A DNA stretch of 64,000 nucleotides from Octopus vulgaris (GCA_951406725.2 OX597818.1:119350001-119414000); one strand, 5' to 3'; shown: positions 1 to 14,880, numbered from the stretch's first letter. The notes: generated from the sequence alone by a model not told the origin. A program made the numbers and translations.

Positions 1-212
1 AAGTTAACATTAATAATGCACAGTGACTTGTTTGGGGAACAAACGAATGGGAAAAGTAGTAGATTTTTTTTTATTCGGGTGAAACATTTATGAAAGAGGA
101 GTAAGAGTGAATTAAGCAAGGAAATGAACGATATCTGTTTTCTAACCCGTGTGTAGCTTTGAGTACTTGGTGTAGCATATATGTATGTCTGCTGGCGTAT
201 ATATTCATATAT

Positions 213-578
213 AACCACATGGTTCCGGGTTCAGTCCCACTGCGTGGCACCTTGGGCAAGTGTCTTCTGCTATAGCCCCGGGTCGACCAATGCCTTGTGA
301 GTGGATTTGGTAGACGGAAATTGAAAGAAGCCTGTCGTATATATGTATATATATATATATGTATGTATGTATGTGTTTGTGTGTGTGTGTTTGTCTCCCT
401 AGCATTGCTTGACAACAGATGCTGGTGTGTTTACATCCCTGTCACTTAGCGGTTCGGCAAAAGAGACCGATAGAATAAGTACTGGGCTTACAAAGAATAA
501 GTCCCGGGGTCGATTTCCTCGACTAAAGGCGGTGCTCCAGCATGGCCGCAGTCAAATGACTAAAACAAGTAAAAGAGT
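213..578 (+). mobile_element. tRNA-derived SINE family A (5'-truncated)
   Basis: B-box GGTTCAGTCCC, body shared with about 10 copies in the window, internal TA/TG microsatellite, TAAAAGAG tail. Confidence 0.85.
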
Positions 579-612
579 ATATATATATATATATATATAC
601 GTGTGCGTGTAC

Positions 613-773
613 GCGCAGGAGTGGCCGTGTTGTAAGTAACTTTCTTACCAACCACAGCATTCCGGGTTCCGGCTCTCTATATGGCACCTTGGGCAAGTGT
701 CTTCCACTATACCCTCAGGCCAACCAAAGACTTGTGATGGGATGTGGTTGACGGAAACTGAAAGAAGCCTGTC

Positions 774-847
<74 letters not shown>

Positions 848-1081
848 AATATATGTGTGTGCGTATGTTTGTGTGTCTGTGTTTTTCCCAACCACCACCA
901 TCGCTTGAAGACCGATGCTGGTGTGATTGCATCACCATAACTTAGCTGTTCGGCAAAAGAGACCGATACAATAATCATTAGGCATACAAAGAATAAGTTC
1001 TGGGTTCGATTTGTTCGTCTAAAGGCGGTGCTCCTGCATCGCCGCAGTCAAATGACTGAAACAAATAAAAGATTAAAAGAG
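613..1081 (+). mobile_element. SINE family A
   Basis: Head GCGCAGGAGTGGC, same body and tail. Confidence 0.85.
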
Positions 1082-1797
1082 CAAAATATATACTTTTATA
1101 TGAATGTATTTTTTATACATGTACTTACATACATACAAATATATATATATATATATATATATACGTATATAAATATATATATACGCACACACACACAAAG
1201 AGAAAGAGAAAGAAATATATTGGTCTTTCTCTCCCCATCTCCCCATTTATCTTTCTCATTTTCTCTCGCCATATCTATCTATATATATGTGTATATATAT
1301 ATGTGTGTGTTTGTGTGTTTGTGTGTGTGTGTGCGTGTGTGTGTGCTCGCGCGCTTGCTATCCGAACTGCAATATGGCAAACCTTTGCAATCAGTAACAA
1401 TCAAGTAGAATTGACGTTAAACATATTGCAAATATATTTTGGAGATTCCTTTCTTGAATGTCTCTACTTCTCTAGAAAAGAAAAATATTGTTTGTATTAT
1501 ATATTTCCCGTGGAATGACACAAATCATATCATGAGAGCATCGGAGAGTGAAATGGCATATATTGTCAATGTACAAATGATGTTATTATTGATACAAGTT
1601 GTACATTAAGGAAAAAAATGATTCATTATTTCGCTTCAAATTTTTCAACAATTGGCAATTTTGAGCGTATAGAAAATTATGTGCGGTGTAATATCATAAT
1701 TTCTCCAATATTCATATGGGTTGCACATACATGGATTCATAGATACTTATGAAAATTAATGTTCTTTTTCTTTATAGGATGCTTCGAATGTCGTACT

Positions 1798-1901
<104 letters not shown>

Positions 1902-1933
1902 TGTGTGTGTTTACGCACACACATACATATATG

Positions 1934-1986
<53 letters not shown>

Positions 1987-2367
1987 AGTGAGAGAGAGAG
2001 AGAGAAATAGGGGTTAAATTTTGTACTTTTTACGCCTATTGGGTTCACGAAACCGATATATTTATTTAAAGAGTTGAAAACTATACAATATTTGTTCCTG
2101 TTATGCAAATTTAGAATGAATATTTTAGTGGAAAGGAAGCGATAAGTGTGCGTAAATGGCTACAGCCTTAGGGGTAAAACATATAAAGAATTAAAAGAAT
2201 AAAAGAACATTTACAATTTTTATATACCATCTATTTGAAAAAACTCATAACATATTTACTCTTTTTATTTTACTACTTTTGAATCTACGTTTCAATGGGG
2301 AATTAAGTAAAGACCGATTTGAAAACCTTAAATTGAGATTTATAACGGTGGTTAATTCTTTTATATT

Positions 2368-2757
2368 TTAGGCACTAGGCCCAAAGTGTTTTTTTTGGAG
2401 AGGGGGCCAACTGATTAGCTCGACCCAAGTACGCAACTGGCACTTAAATTATCTACCCTCCGAAAGGACGAAAGGCGAAGTCGACCTGTGCTGAATTTGA
2501 ACTCAGAACGTAAAGGCAGATGAAATACCTATTTCTTTATTACCCACAAGGAGCTAAACAGAGAGGGGACAAACAAGGACAGACATAGGGTTTAAGTCGA
2601 TTACATCGACCCCAGTGCGTAACTGGTACTTAATTTATCGACCCCGAAAGGATGAAAGGCAAAGTCGACCTCGGCGGAATTTGAACTCACAACGTAACGC
2701 AGACGAAATACCGCTAAGCATTTCGCCCGGCGTGCTAACGTTTCTGCCAGCTCGCCG
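2368..2757 (-). mobile_element. tRNA-derived SINE family B (Meta/MESC-like core, internally duplicated)
   Basis: GGCGAGCTGGCAGAA head, GAGTTCAAATTCC B-box, core GTCGACTTTGCCTTTCATCCTTTCGGGGTCGATAAATTAAGTACCAG present twice. Confidence 0.85.
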
Positions 2758-2872
2758 GCAGATGAAAATACCGTTAAGGTTACTGCCGGCTCGACACCCT
2801 ATAATGCTAGCTAATTGAAAAACACATGATAAAATTTAGTTTGTTTTAATACATCAATATAAAACTAAATGA

Positions 2873-3236
2873 AAGTCGGCGAGCTGGTAGAAACGTTAGC
2901 ATGCCAGGTGAGTTCAAATTCCGCTGAGGTCGACTTTGCCTTCCATCCTTTCGGGGTCGATTAAATAAGTACCAGTTACGCACTGGGGTCGATATAATCG
3001 ACTTGATCCCTTTGTCTGTCCTTGTTTGTCCTCTGTGTGTTTAGCCCCTTGTGGGTAGTAAAGAAATAGGTATTTCGTCTGTCTTTACGTTCTGAGTTCA
3101 AATTCCGCCGAGGTCGATTTTGCCTTTAATCCTTTCGGAGGTCGATAAATTAAGTGCCATTTACGTATTGGAGTCAATCTAATCGACTGGCCTCCTCTTC
3201 CAAAGTTTCGTGCCTTGTACCTAGAGTAGAAAAGAA
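2873..3236 (+). mobile_element. SINE family B
   Basis: Inverted partner of 2368-2757. Confidence 0.85.
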
Positions 3237-3578
3237 TATAAAACTAAATGAGATATGATGAGAACGTTTCCTTAATAAAAATTATAAAGATAAAGTGCAG
3301 TGATATATTATCAAGATGAAAGTGAAGTCTTAAGAAAGTTTAGTCAACGGAATTTTCAATTCCTTTCAAGTTTATCCTTATTAAATACTTTTCTTTCTTC
3401 TTTTAATATAAACATTAAAATGGCAACCGAAAAACGTGTCGAATTTTAATAAACCGACAGTAAGCTTGTGCAGTTGGTTATTGCACGTTGCTTTATTTAT
3501 TACATTATTTCGCTGCGACTCACTTTACAAAAAAACGTCAGCTTAGCATCGATTGAAAGTTTTACGTTTTTTAAAGAA

Positions 3579-3642
<64 letters not shown>

Positions 3643-4309
3643 GACGGAAAATATTCAGTAATGAAAGAATTTAAAGCAGCCAAAGGTCACTTTCTACGAA
3701 ATATGGGCCGCGTGAGACATAGGTTTTCATCAACTGGATCGCATGAGACATGGTTTGTCATCTGGCGGGTTGGACTACTTTGATTTTTTAACGAACGTTA
3801 TTTTCCTCGTGAAATTCGACATGTCGCTCAGAAAGCCCAGTTGGCTTTAGTTTGCCGTAACTGATTTAAAGAATAAGAATAAACCTAAATAAACAATTTC
3901 AGGTTTAGCCTCAGACAATCAATAATGCATCCATGTAATTACATTTATTTTATTATTTTTTTCAATATAAATATGCTCAATATACCTCTCTTTTATTTCT
4001 TATTCTAAGAAAGAATTCCAAAAGGAATATATAAAATGATGTTTCTCAAAATAAAATATTCTATAACTACAGATATATCACTTTTAAAGACATTTTTGTT
4101 TTATCTTCCTTTATACTTTTTACGCCTTCGGTTTGGTTTCTATATAATTTGAAGCTTCGTCTTTCCACGTTCAGAGATCTGCCGTTTGCAGCACTATACA
4201 CGTGTATATATCTATGTATATAAGTATGTATGTATGTATTTATGTATGTATGTATGTATGTATGTATGTATGTATGTATGTATGTATGTATGTATGTATT
4301 TTATGTATG

Positions 4310-4340
<31 letters not shown>

Positions 4341-4777
4341 GTATGTATTTATGTATGTATGTATGTACATACATGTGTTAATGCTTGCATCTATGGCGAC
4401 TTATAATTTTTTTAAATACATTAAGTCTATAGAATTCGAAGTTTCAGCCTGAGTAGCCTTCAGCAGACTGTCCGATCAAGGCTATTAGCTGGCCGTAACT
4501 TCCAAGTTACCATCAAGACTATTCATGTTAAACAATAATATACCTGTGTATATGTATATGCATATATACATATACATATATACACATATATACAATTCAA
4601 TCACATGCACACACACACACACATATATATGCCAACATACATACATATGTACGTGTTCATAAATGTGTGTATGTGTGCGTTCCTGTGTGTGTGTGTGTGT
4701 GCGTGTCTGTCTGTCTGTGTTTGTGCGTGTATGTATATATATATATATTTATATATATATATATATATATATGTGTA

Positions 4778-4853
<76 letters not shown>

Positions 4854-5177
4854 CATCTATCTAAACAGAGGGTAACCTACTTGCAAACAAATATGGTAAC
4901 ATGTAACATTATTGACCGAGGTTACCGTGGTCTTTTCCGTAGGCTTTTCTTCCCACGGATAAGCCTTTTCTGCTTCCCTCTTTACATTTTACATCATGAC
5001 ACTGTGATACACGATCCCTATTGATCGAAAACCTACCCCACCTTTTTTTTTCTCCCCAAAAAAAGAAAAGCTCTACTTTGTAATCTGTCCCGTCTGTGTG
5101 CAGCCCTGTGTGGTTAATAGCGAAACATATCTCTCTCTCTCTCACTCTCTCTATCTCTCTCACTCTCTCTATCTCTC

Positions 5178-5245
<68 letters not shown>

Positions 5246-6093
5246 TACATACATACCTAAACTGTAACGGTGATACAGAGACGAAGGAATGTTGTGTGAC
5301 GACATCTTGTATCGGTTTGGAGTGGTTTAAATAACATCTACCACATTACACTTACATGCAGAGAAAATGAGACAAAATACAAAAGAGTGTCTGAAAGTAA
5401 AATTGATTGAGCGAGTGACGGCGATAGAAAAAACACTACATCCATAGATTTTATAAGCAAATAAATAAAGTGAGAAAGAGAGGGGGAGGGAGAGAGCGTT
5501 TAATATTTATGGAAATATAATAAATTTCCAATAAAGCTGTCTATTTGAACATTGGAGTGCATTCTTTTTAGTTTCTTGCATTTCATTGATTTTGTTACTT
5601 TGTAATCGATATATTTCGCTTTGAAATTCCCTAGCGAGAAATTCAGGTAAATATTTTTAAAACATTAAAAACAAATTTCGCTTAAATATTGTTTAACTTA
5701 ATATTGAGAGTGGATTTGATTGTGGAGGATGAGGGATTTATGAAAGATCTGCGGCTTATTAAAGAATTTATTGCTTGAATCGGCAGCAACGAAAAATGGA
5801 TGGGCAATTTAATAATTGCCTCGCGCTTTCAAATTTTCTTTTGTCATTAACGTTAATGTAAACAAAACTCAATAATTTATCTCTCATAATGATGACGAAG
5901 AGGGGGAGGAGGAAGAGAGGAGGAGGGGAAGGAGGAGGACGATGACGACGATGACATTGATGGCGCTGACGACCTGGTGAAAGGCAGTAGAGACGACAAA
6001 GCAGATGGTAATTACAATAGTCACGATATAGATTGATGATGACAGACCGCAATATTCATAATAACAAACGTCGATAATGATCTTGAATTTAAA

Positions 6094-6147
<54 letters not shown>

Positions 6148-6435
6148 TACATCTGAAATTTTGCAGTAAATTGTTCTAATCAAAGTGTAGTTAATTGTAA
6201 CACAATAAATTGACCATTAACACAGGCACCATGTCACGAAACACTGGCGATGGTTAATACAATTGAAATACAAATAAGTTACGGTGGATTTGTACGCCAA
6301 TCGCGAAGAAAAAGAAGTACTGCAAGCAATTTGTTCCAACACTCTAGCGATTTGGCCAGTCCACTATCTTATTGTTGTTGTTGTTGTTCTTGTTATTGTT
6401 GCTGTAATTGGTGCATTGAGAACTCTGAGCAAATA

Positions 6436-7002
6436 TTGGGTTGTCCGGAAAGTTCGTGCCGATTTATAGTATCTTACTTTCCGACTTATTTTTAGAACAT
6501 GGTTGAGTCCATAAAATAGGATTTGACTACACCTCCATTTAGAGCACAGTTTAAGCTATCGCTTCGTGGAAGAATATTTATGTTCCTATAACCTGTTCTA
6601 ATTATGTAACCCTTTAAAATGGAAGATAAGTAAGTTCATTTTCGGCAATTGATGCTACGGGAACCAGACAAAAATTGCTGCAGCTCGGCTGGGATGTGTT
6701 ACCCCACCCTCCATTTTCACCAGATATTGCCCCTTCGGATTTCCACTTATTCAGGTGTCTGCAGAATAGTCTTCATGGTAAAAAATTCAATTCCTTGGAT
6801 GACGTAAAAAGATACCTTGATTAATTCTTTGCCATGAAAACACCTCAAATCTAGGAAGAGGGTATTTTCAAGTTAAAGGAAAGATGGAGATGCATTGTGC
6901 AACAAAATGGTTCATATTCGGTTGATTAAAAATGTAATGGCAAATATTTATTGACCTATTTCTTTCTTTTAAAAATCGGCGCGAACTTTCCGGACAACCC
7001 AA
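6436..7002 (+). mobile_element. Internally deleted non-autonomous mariner (DD34D) element
   Basis: About 30-bp TIRs TTGGGTTGTCCGGAAAGTTCG(T/C)GCCGATTT, TA duplications at 6434-6435 and 7003-7004; transposase N-terminus fused to C-terminus LGWDVLPHPPFSPDIAPSDFHLFR...KERWRCIVQQNG with stops. Confidence 0.93.
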
Positions 7003-7960
7003 TATATAGAGAAATGGTTTAAAGTGATTGGAACAGAGTATTCTGTTGAGCTTCTACAGAATATTCGTCTCTCAGGGACAGGAAAATTATCCGGAGAGTT
7101 CTAAGTACTTGATAATCTATTGAAATTTAATGGATACAAAAGGTTACGGGTAGTAGCCCGCTTCCCATATGAATCCAACCAGGAATATGACCGAACCTGA
7201 GTCAAGTCAACAAAAATAACGTTTATATTGTTCTCATTGCGATGGTAAATAACTTAGTTGCTATTGCAATATATGTGGACTTCAACGATTTGAATGATAA
7301 CACAGATGCTATCAAAATATGCGCTACGAATGATCATAGTGTTCGCATTGTTCAAGCTAACATTATCAATGCGATTATATATTTTTTTCAAGAGGAAATG
7401 TTCGTGTTCACATTTCTACGTTTGATCAATTATCACAGGGTCCTTATATTTTTTTATCTTTGTTAAAATGTTGCAAGCTGCTTTCTTTTCTTTGTCCTTT
7501 TTTACGTTTTGTCTCCTCTTTCGTCATTGAGAATTCTCACACTAATATGACAGATACCTTTGATGATTACTATTGACGCCATATTGAAAACGCAGAAAAA
7601 AATGAAAAATGGCCGCTGAATCAGGAAAACATACAGTTAAAACAATGTAAAAGCGAAACTGTCTCCATTCCAGCCTGGACCTGGGTGATGGCATAATCAA
7701 CTGAAGCTAAAACGTTTCTGTTAGTATTGCACGACAAATGGAAAGCCAAAGAGAAACTACTTTTTCATCAAATTTTCAAAATCAAAACCATTTTCAATGG
7801 GAATGCGCTATTAAAACGTGTCCACTTGAATAGTTATTCGATGATGATGATAATGATGATGATGATGTTGATGATGATGATGGTGGTGGTGGTAGTGGTG
7901 GTGTGGTGGTGGTGGTGGTGGTGGTGGTGGTGGTGATGATGATGATGATGATGATAGTGA

Positions 7961-8174
7961 TCCTTCTACAAGGTCAAAAATTTGGAGAGAGGGAGCGAGT
8001 CGATTAGGTCGACTCCAGTACGCAACTGGTACTTAATTTATCGATCCTGAAAGGACGAAAGGCAAAGTTGACCTCGGCGGAATTTGAACTCAGAACGTAA
8101 AGACAGACGAAATATTGCTAAGCATTTCGCCCGGCGTGCTAACGTTTAAGCCAGTTCACTGCCTTAAATAATAC

Positions 8175-8239
<65 letters not shown>

Positions 8240-8438
8240 GTTTTGGTACAACATCAGCAATTTTGGGGGAGTGGCTAAGTCGATTAATTCGACCCCAGTA
8301 CGCAACTGGTACTTATTTTATCGACCCCGAAATGATGAAAGTCAAAGTCGACCGAAATTTGAACTCAGAACGTAAAGATGGACGAAATGCTGCGAATCAT
8401 TTTGCCAGGCATTTTAACGATTCTGGCTGCACTCTGCC
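7961..8438 (-). mobile_element. Two tandem SINE family B copies separated by (TAA)n
   Basis: Homology to family B. Confidence 0.8.
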
Positions 8439-8474
8439 ATAAAAAACAACAACAACAATAACAACAACAATAGC

Positions 8475-8560
<86 letters not shown>

Positions 8561-8941
8561 ATATTGATGCTAGTGATGAGGATGAGGATGATGATAATAA
8601 TAATAATCACAACATCAATAGATATAGCAATAATTCTATCAATTATAGGCACAGTCGCTTTAGTATTTTAGTATTCGGCAAAGAGACCATTTATCAAAAA
8701 TACGAACGTCATAGTAAGCTTAGAAATCAACCCTGAGGGTTGCTTTTTTGTGTGTGTCTACATGTGTGCGTACGAAAACACTTTATGTCTGCATATATAA
8801 ATACATATGTATATAGATATGTATAAATGTGTGTGTGTGTATGTTTGAGAACAGCAGTGTCCAGGTGCCGTCAAATAATACTTGTCAGTATGAATGCTGC
8901 TTTCATCTGTTACAGAAATTTTCCTGATTATATATATATAT

Positions 8942-9008
<67 letters not shown>

Positions 9009-9010
<2 letters not shown>

Positions 9011-9374
9011 CACGTGGTAAGTAGCTTGCTTACTAGCCACATGGATCTGGGTTCAGTCCCACTGCGTTGCACCTTCCGCGAGTGTCTTCTACTGTAGCTT
9101 CGGGCCGACCAAATCCTTGTGAGTGGATTTGGTAGACGGAAACTGAAAGAAGCCCGTCGTATATATGTATATAATTATGTGTATATACGTGTATATGTTT
9201 GTGTCTCCCAACATCACTTAACAACTGATGCTGGTGTGTTTACGTCCCCGTAACTTAGCGGTTCGGCAAAAGAGACCGATAGAATAAGTACTAGGCTTCC
9301 AAAGAATAAGTTTTGAGTTCTATTTGCTCGACTAAAGGAGCACTGCCTTTAGTCGAGTAAAAAGAGTAAAAGAG

Positions 9375-9375
<1 letters not shown>
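9009..9375 (+). mobile_element. SINE family A
   Basis: Homology to other copies. Confidence 0.85.
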
Positions 9376-9435
<60 letters not shown>

Positions 9436-9440
9436 GAGTT

Positions 9441-9532
9441 TCAAGTCATTTAGAATATTTAATTAGATTAAGGTGAATTTGAAGTAATTAATTAATTCTA
9501 CCTTACTCTAATTAAATATTCTATATGATTGA
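9441..9532. repeat. About 39-bp imperfect inverted repeat at the end of a TA-flanked insertion (9435-9720)
   Basis: tagaatatttaattaga / tctaattaaatattcta core. Confidence 0.8.
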
Positions 9533-9720
9533 GATACACGCCCTGCCTTAGATTTTGTTGTCATTTTTCCTCTAATATACACCTGTTAACGCAGAAGCCA
9601 ACTACGTATCCCTATCTCCAGCCTCACCCTTAAACTTGGAGCCTAATTGATGACCAATTATAGAACTTACACAACGTATCTCTTCGTTTAGATCACCAGT
9701 GAACTAAACTTCTCATATTC

Positions 9721-9784
<64 letters not shown>

Positions 9785-10331
9785 TATATAACATAACGCA
9801 GAAATTGCATACATGTCAGCTAGTTCTGTATTGGTTGATTTTTGTTTCAATGTCGTCATAAAAGATTATATAGCGTTACGCAATTCAACTGTTATCAGGC
9901 GTACCAGTAACGTAGCTAAGATATTCCAGATAGTGTTGTTTTCAAATTGAAATTGCAATTCATTTATGCATAAAAAACTAGGTTTGGTCAAAAAAGCAAT
10001 AAGGAAAAAAAAATAATAGAAGAATAGAAAAAACGCTCTACATCAATCTAATTATGGTTCAGTGGAGTGACATAAAAAGTATCTGAAGAAGTCCTAGACA
10101 CGGTGGGGTTGCGATTCATTAAATGATAATGAAATACATAGTAGACTTCATATCCTTTAAATGGAAACAAGTGCAAACAAAACAGCGCAGAAGAAAAGAT
10201 CTTAGCGATCGTCCATATCCCGCCCCACCATATCCACATATATACACACTCCTACGCAGCGCAGATATCACTCACAGCACTAAGAGAACACAAACTAACG
10301 ATCATATATATATATATATATATATATATGC

Positions 10332-10387
<56 letters not shown>

Positions 10388-10850
10388 CGTATACATATAT
10401 ATATATGACTACGGCCATGCTGGAGCACCGCATTTAGTCGAACAAATCGAACCCACGAGTTATTCTGTGTAAGCCTACTATTTAAAATATCCAAATATGG
10501 ATTAACGAAATTTTAAATACCGGAGACTGAAATTTGTATTTAACCCTTAGTAATCATTACGGCTTATTTATAAACAAGAAAAAAATGTTAAAAAGCAATC
10601 ATAAATGGTTAGTGGTATATAATCTTCAAAATAGAATGTTTTATGTAAATGATATATCAGAATTATAGAACGTGATATGTAGATATTACAGAAAGTAATT
10701 AAAGCAATAACATAGTAGATATTAAAAGGCGGTTAATAAAACGATATGAGGGTAAAAATTATAAGAATAATAAATAAAATATGAAGATGAGGGGTTATTT
10801 TACTTGGATATAAATACATATACATTCATAGATATTCGTAGATATACTTA

Positions 10851-11085
10851 TTATTTCTTTACTGCCCACAATGGTCTAGACATAGAGGGGACAAACAAGG
10901 ACAGACAAACGGATTAAATCGATTATATCGGCCCCAGTGCGTAACTGGTACTTAATTTATTAATCCCAAAAGGACGAAAGGCAAAGTCGACCTTGGCATA
11001 ATTTGAACCCAGAACGTAACGGCTGACGAAATGCCGCTAAGCATTTCGCCCGGCGTGCTAAGGTTTCTGCCAGCTCGCCACCTTT
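10851..11085 (-). mobile_element. SINE family B
   Basis: Homology to family B. Confidence 0.85.
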
Positions 11086-11324
11086 AATATTATTGTAGAT
11101 ACATTTAATTCTAGATATATTTATATAAGCAGGTAGGGTAAATTGCTGCTGTTTCTTCTTGAAGCACATCTGTTTATTATTATCATAATCAAAATGTGTC
11201 CATAGTGTTGTACGTAAATGAAAATACACATTAAAATTGAGAATTATGGATATATTTGCAGAGTTGTTGAATAACAAAACAAGAAAATAGAAACTGTTGG
11301 TATTATTCATCTACCATTAAAGGT

Positions 11325-11479
11325 GTTTAATTTGCTGATAGGAATTACAAAGATTTCCTTGTTACACAGACATGTAGGGAATTATTAAAATTTTCTGTGT
11401 ATGAAGATTTTCTAATAGAAATTTCCTCACATGTCTATATAACATTTATATCTTTCTAATTCCTGTTAGCAAATATAAC
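11325..11479. mobile_element. Degenerate palindromic MITE; related half copy at about 53970-54035
   Basis: Imperfect self-complementarity (tttgctgataggaatta / taattcctgttagcaaa; agacatgt / acatgtct). Confidence 0.5.
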
Positions 11480-11524
11480 GTATGTAATGGAGAATAAATG
11501 ATGCCGAAATATTCCCATCCTCTT

Positions 11525-11525
<1 letters not shown>

Positions 11526-11555
<30 letters not shown>

Positions 11556-11608
11556 CTACACACACAGATATATATGTATACATATACGGGTATATATGTA
11601 CATATATG

Positions 11609-11641
<33 letters not shown>

Positions 11642-11891
11642 GTATATATATATGTATACGCATATCGTATGGATATATGTATATATATATATATATTCAT
11701 ATATATATATGTACATATATATATATATATTCATATATATATATATATGTACATATATGTATAAAGATATATATATGTATATATATGTATGTGTGTGTGT
11801 ATATATATGTATATGGGTGTATATATACGTATATATGTATATATGTATGTATATATATATGTGTATATATATGTATATATGTATGTATATA

Positions 11892-11935
<44 letters not shown>

Positions 11936-11957
11936 CATATATATATATACACATATA

Positions 11958-11988
<31 letters not shown>

Positions 11989-12032
11989 GTGTGTGTGTGT
12001 ACGTGTGTGTGTGTGTACGTGTGTGTGTGTGT

Positions 12033-12081
<49 letters not shown>
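11526..12081. repeat. Compound (TA)n/(TG)n microsatellite, representative of dozens in the window
   Basis: Direct reading. Confidence 0.95.
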
Positions 12082-12083
<2 letters not shown>

Positions 12084-13319
12084 TCCTTGTTTTCTCAATC
12101 TCGTTTGAGGATGAAATAATGTAAAAGACATTCGCAGAGTAATCAATATATTGAACAGAGAAGATATGTTCGTTTATTAATTAAGTGAATCATACAAGAT
12201 TAGCTTCTGAAGAACTCATCACAGAATGTGCTCTTTGTGTAATACTTCCCGGAGAAAACAGAAGCCATCGTGCAAGAGAATGTAGTTGACGAGAATGTGT
12301 GTGTGTATGTGATTTTGCAAGTGTGTATATATGTACAATTTGATGTGTGTGTGTATATACTGGAAGAATGTGTATACTGAGATGAACTTGTGTAAAATAC
12401 AGGGCGAATGAGTATGCTAAGACATTTTAGAAATTTATTACACAAAAAATTAAACACCGACCGGCAAATGAATGAAGAAGCATCCATTAGGTAGGAACAG
12501 ATGATCCTTGTAACACCTGTTACCTTGTCACTCTGGTTCCTATCATCTTCTGAATATATTGTACTCTAAAAATGTAATTCTTGACCAATATCAGTCCTTA
12601 CGGATCTGTAAACAACGTAAATAGCTATGAAGCGTAAGCTTCTATCTGTCGATATATCTTTATCATGATCCCATGTTAGCCATGAAAAATTAGGAGTTAG
12701 ATTAATGTTATTCCAATCACTGCGTCTGTCATTATGTGTTTGTTTTTTGTATGAGTATGTTAGACATTTCCGTTCGAAGCTCTGCCATCTGAGACATTCT
12801 GTGGAGATGTGCCCCTCTTTGTGCAAGAAATTTAATGTTTGTTTCACTGTTATGTGAGTCCTCTTTCTTTTCCTACCTGTTTTAGACGATTCTTCAGTCT
12901 CCATCTATTCCTTATCAAGGCAATGCGATCTTTCATTTTTCTGCTTCTTGAAGTTCTTTTATTAGAGGAAAAATCCATTACTTCTCTATACCGTTGTTCC
13001 ATTATTTACATGGAAAGGTGGACGAGGCGATTTCATTTATTTCCGCTCAGGTTATTCTCATAACTCTGAATCGTGATTCTTTGCAAACAGTTTAGCCGAA
13101 GTCTTTCGCATCTAAAACATCTGAAATTGTTCTTTTGGATTCCCCTGTTCCTATTTGCTGTTCTCTATCTTCCTTTTATTTCTTTATTGCCCAAAGGGGA
13201 CTAAGCATCGAGGGGACAAACAAGGACAGACAAAAGAATTAAGTCGATACAATCGACCCTAGTGTGTAACAGATATTATTTAATCGACTCACAAAGGATG
13301 AAAGGCGAAGTGGATAAAA

Positions 13320-13757
13320 CGGTGAAACCGTATGACATATTAACTGCAAATGTACGCCACTAGCTCAGAAGGAATATAAGAGACGCAATGACAGGATATA
13401 GCCAGGCTTGTCCATTAGACACTTTGCAACAAGTATGGACTTGAAAGAGCAAACAATTGGTACGACCACAAACCTGAAAGGATTTTATGATTCAGTGCGA
13501 CCACGAGATAGAGAATAGGAAGTTGGACATAGTCTTAATTGAGAAAGAAAAGAAACTATGGTGGATCATAGACATGCCCAGCTGACAACAAGGTGTGCGA
13601 TAAGGAAGAAAGAAAATTCGAAAGATATGACAGTTTAGCTTGGGAAGTTAAGCAGTTGTGGTCGATGAAAACAGTAGCAGTAGTGCCAATAATTGTCCCT
13701 GGAAACAGTGAGCAGAAATCTCGAGAAGTACGTGGAACAAATAGGGGCTGCTATAAG
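13320..13757 (+). mobile_element. R4/Dong-clade non-LTR retrotransposon 3' fragment (zinc knuckle + restriction-like endonuclease), decayed
   Basis: CTPLAQKEYKRR, LCNKYGLERANNWYDHKPE, DFMIQCDHEIENRKLDIVLIEKEKK, YDSLAWEVKQLWSMKTVAVVPII; close to (TAA)n. Confidence 0.8.
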
Positions 13758-13811
13758 GGGCCGCGAGTCCGCTGCCTTAACCACTGGGCCATTGCGCCTC
13801 CACTAATAATA

Positions 13812-13915
<104 letters not shown>

Positions 13916-14395
13916 GCTGATGATGCAGATGTGGAAGAAGCTTCCTACTGAGTGAAATTGCCTCCACAGCGTAACTGCTACTTACCTTACCATCAATGGA
14001 ATATAACCCTCGTAAAAGATAACCTAAGGAGGGATATTTAATAGGGTGTTCCGATCTGCTAGAAATAGCAAACAAGTCTCACTGAAATCACAAAGTCTCG
14101 ACTTTAAGAAATGGGAAGTATGTTTTTGTTAATGTAGCATCTGTTATATAAAATCTATGCTGGTTACAACTAAAACGCTTTTGATCGTAGCTTGATGTGT
14201 GACCTGAGGCTAAAGGAGAAGGAAAACAATTTTACATCAATATAGTATATATTTACGTATGTGTTGGCAGAGGTTGTGTGTGTGTTTGAGTGTGTATGTG
14301 CGTGCGTGCGTGTTCTCTATGTTATTGTATGTTAGATAATTTATCTAGAGGCAACGCCAAAGGCTTTATCTAATTATTTAGCTATGTAAATATTG

Positions 14396-14880
14396 TCTTC
14401 AGATTTTGGCACATAGCCAGCAACTTCAAGAGAAGGAGCAAATGGATTTCATGGACACCAGAGTTCAACTGGTTCTTATTTTATCGATCCCGAAAGAATG
14501 AACGGCTAGGTGTCCCTCGGCGGAATTTGTACGCTGAACGTGAAGATGGACGAAATGAAGCAAAGCATTTTGCCCGCTATTTTAACAATCTCGCCAGCTC
14601 CCTGTCCTAAGATACGTAAATACTATGGTATTCGAAACACAATCAAAATATTTAGCAAATATATATTCTTTTGTATCCTAGGCACAAGGCCCGACATTTT
14701 GGGGGAAGGGGCCAGTGGATTGGATCGATCTCAATACGCAACTGGTATTTAATCTATCGACCCCGAAAGGATGAAAGGCAAAGTCGACTCCCGTGGAATT
14801 TAAACACAGAACATAAAGACAGACGAAATACAACTAAGCATTTCACCCGGCGAAATAAAGATTCAGGCCCAGCGATCACC
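14396..14880 (-). mobile_element. Two diverged SINE family B copies
   Basis: Homology to family B. Confidence 0.7.

Noticed and set aside
11456-12146. Long YI/CV/TH-rich ORFs here and throughout the window
   Set aside because: Translations of dinucleotide and tetranucleotide microsatellites.
12500-13160. Possible decayed LINE endonuclease region on the minus strand
   Set aside because: Only vague resemblance; no intact diagnostic motif.
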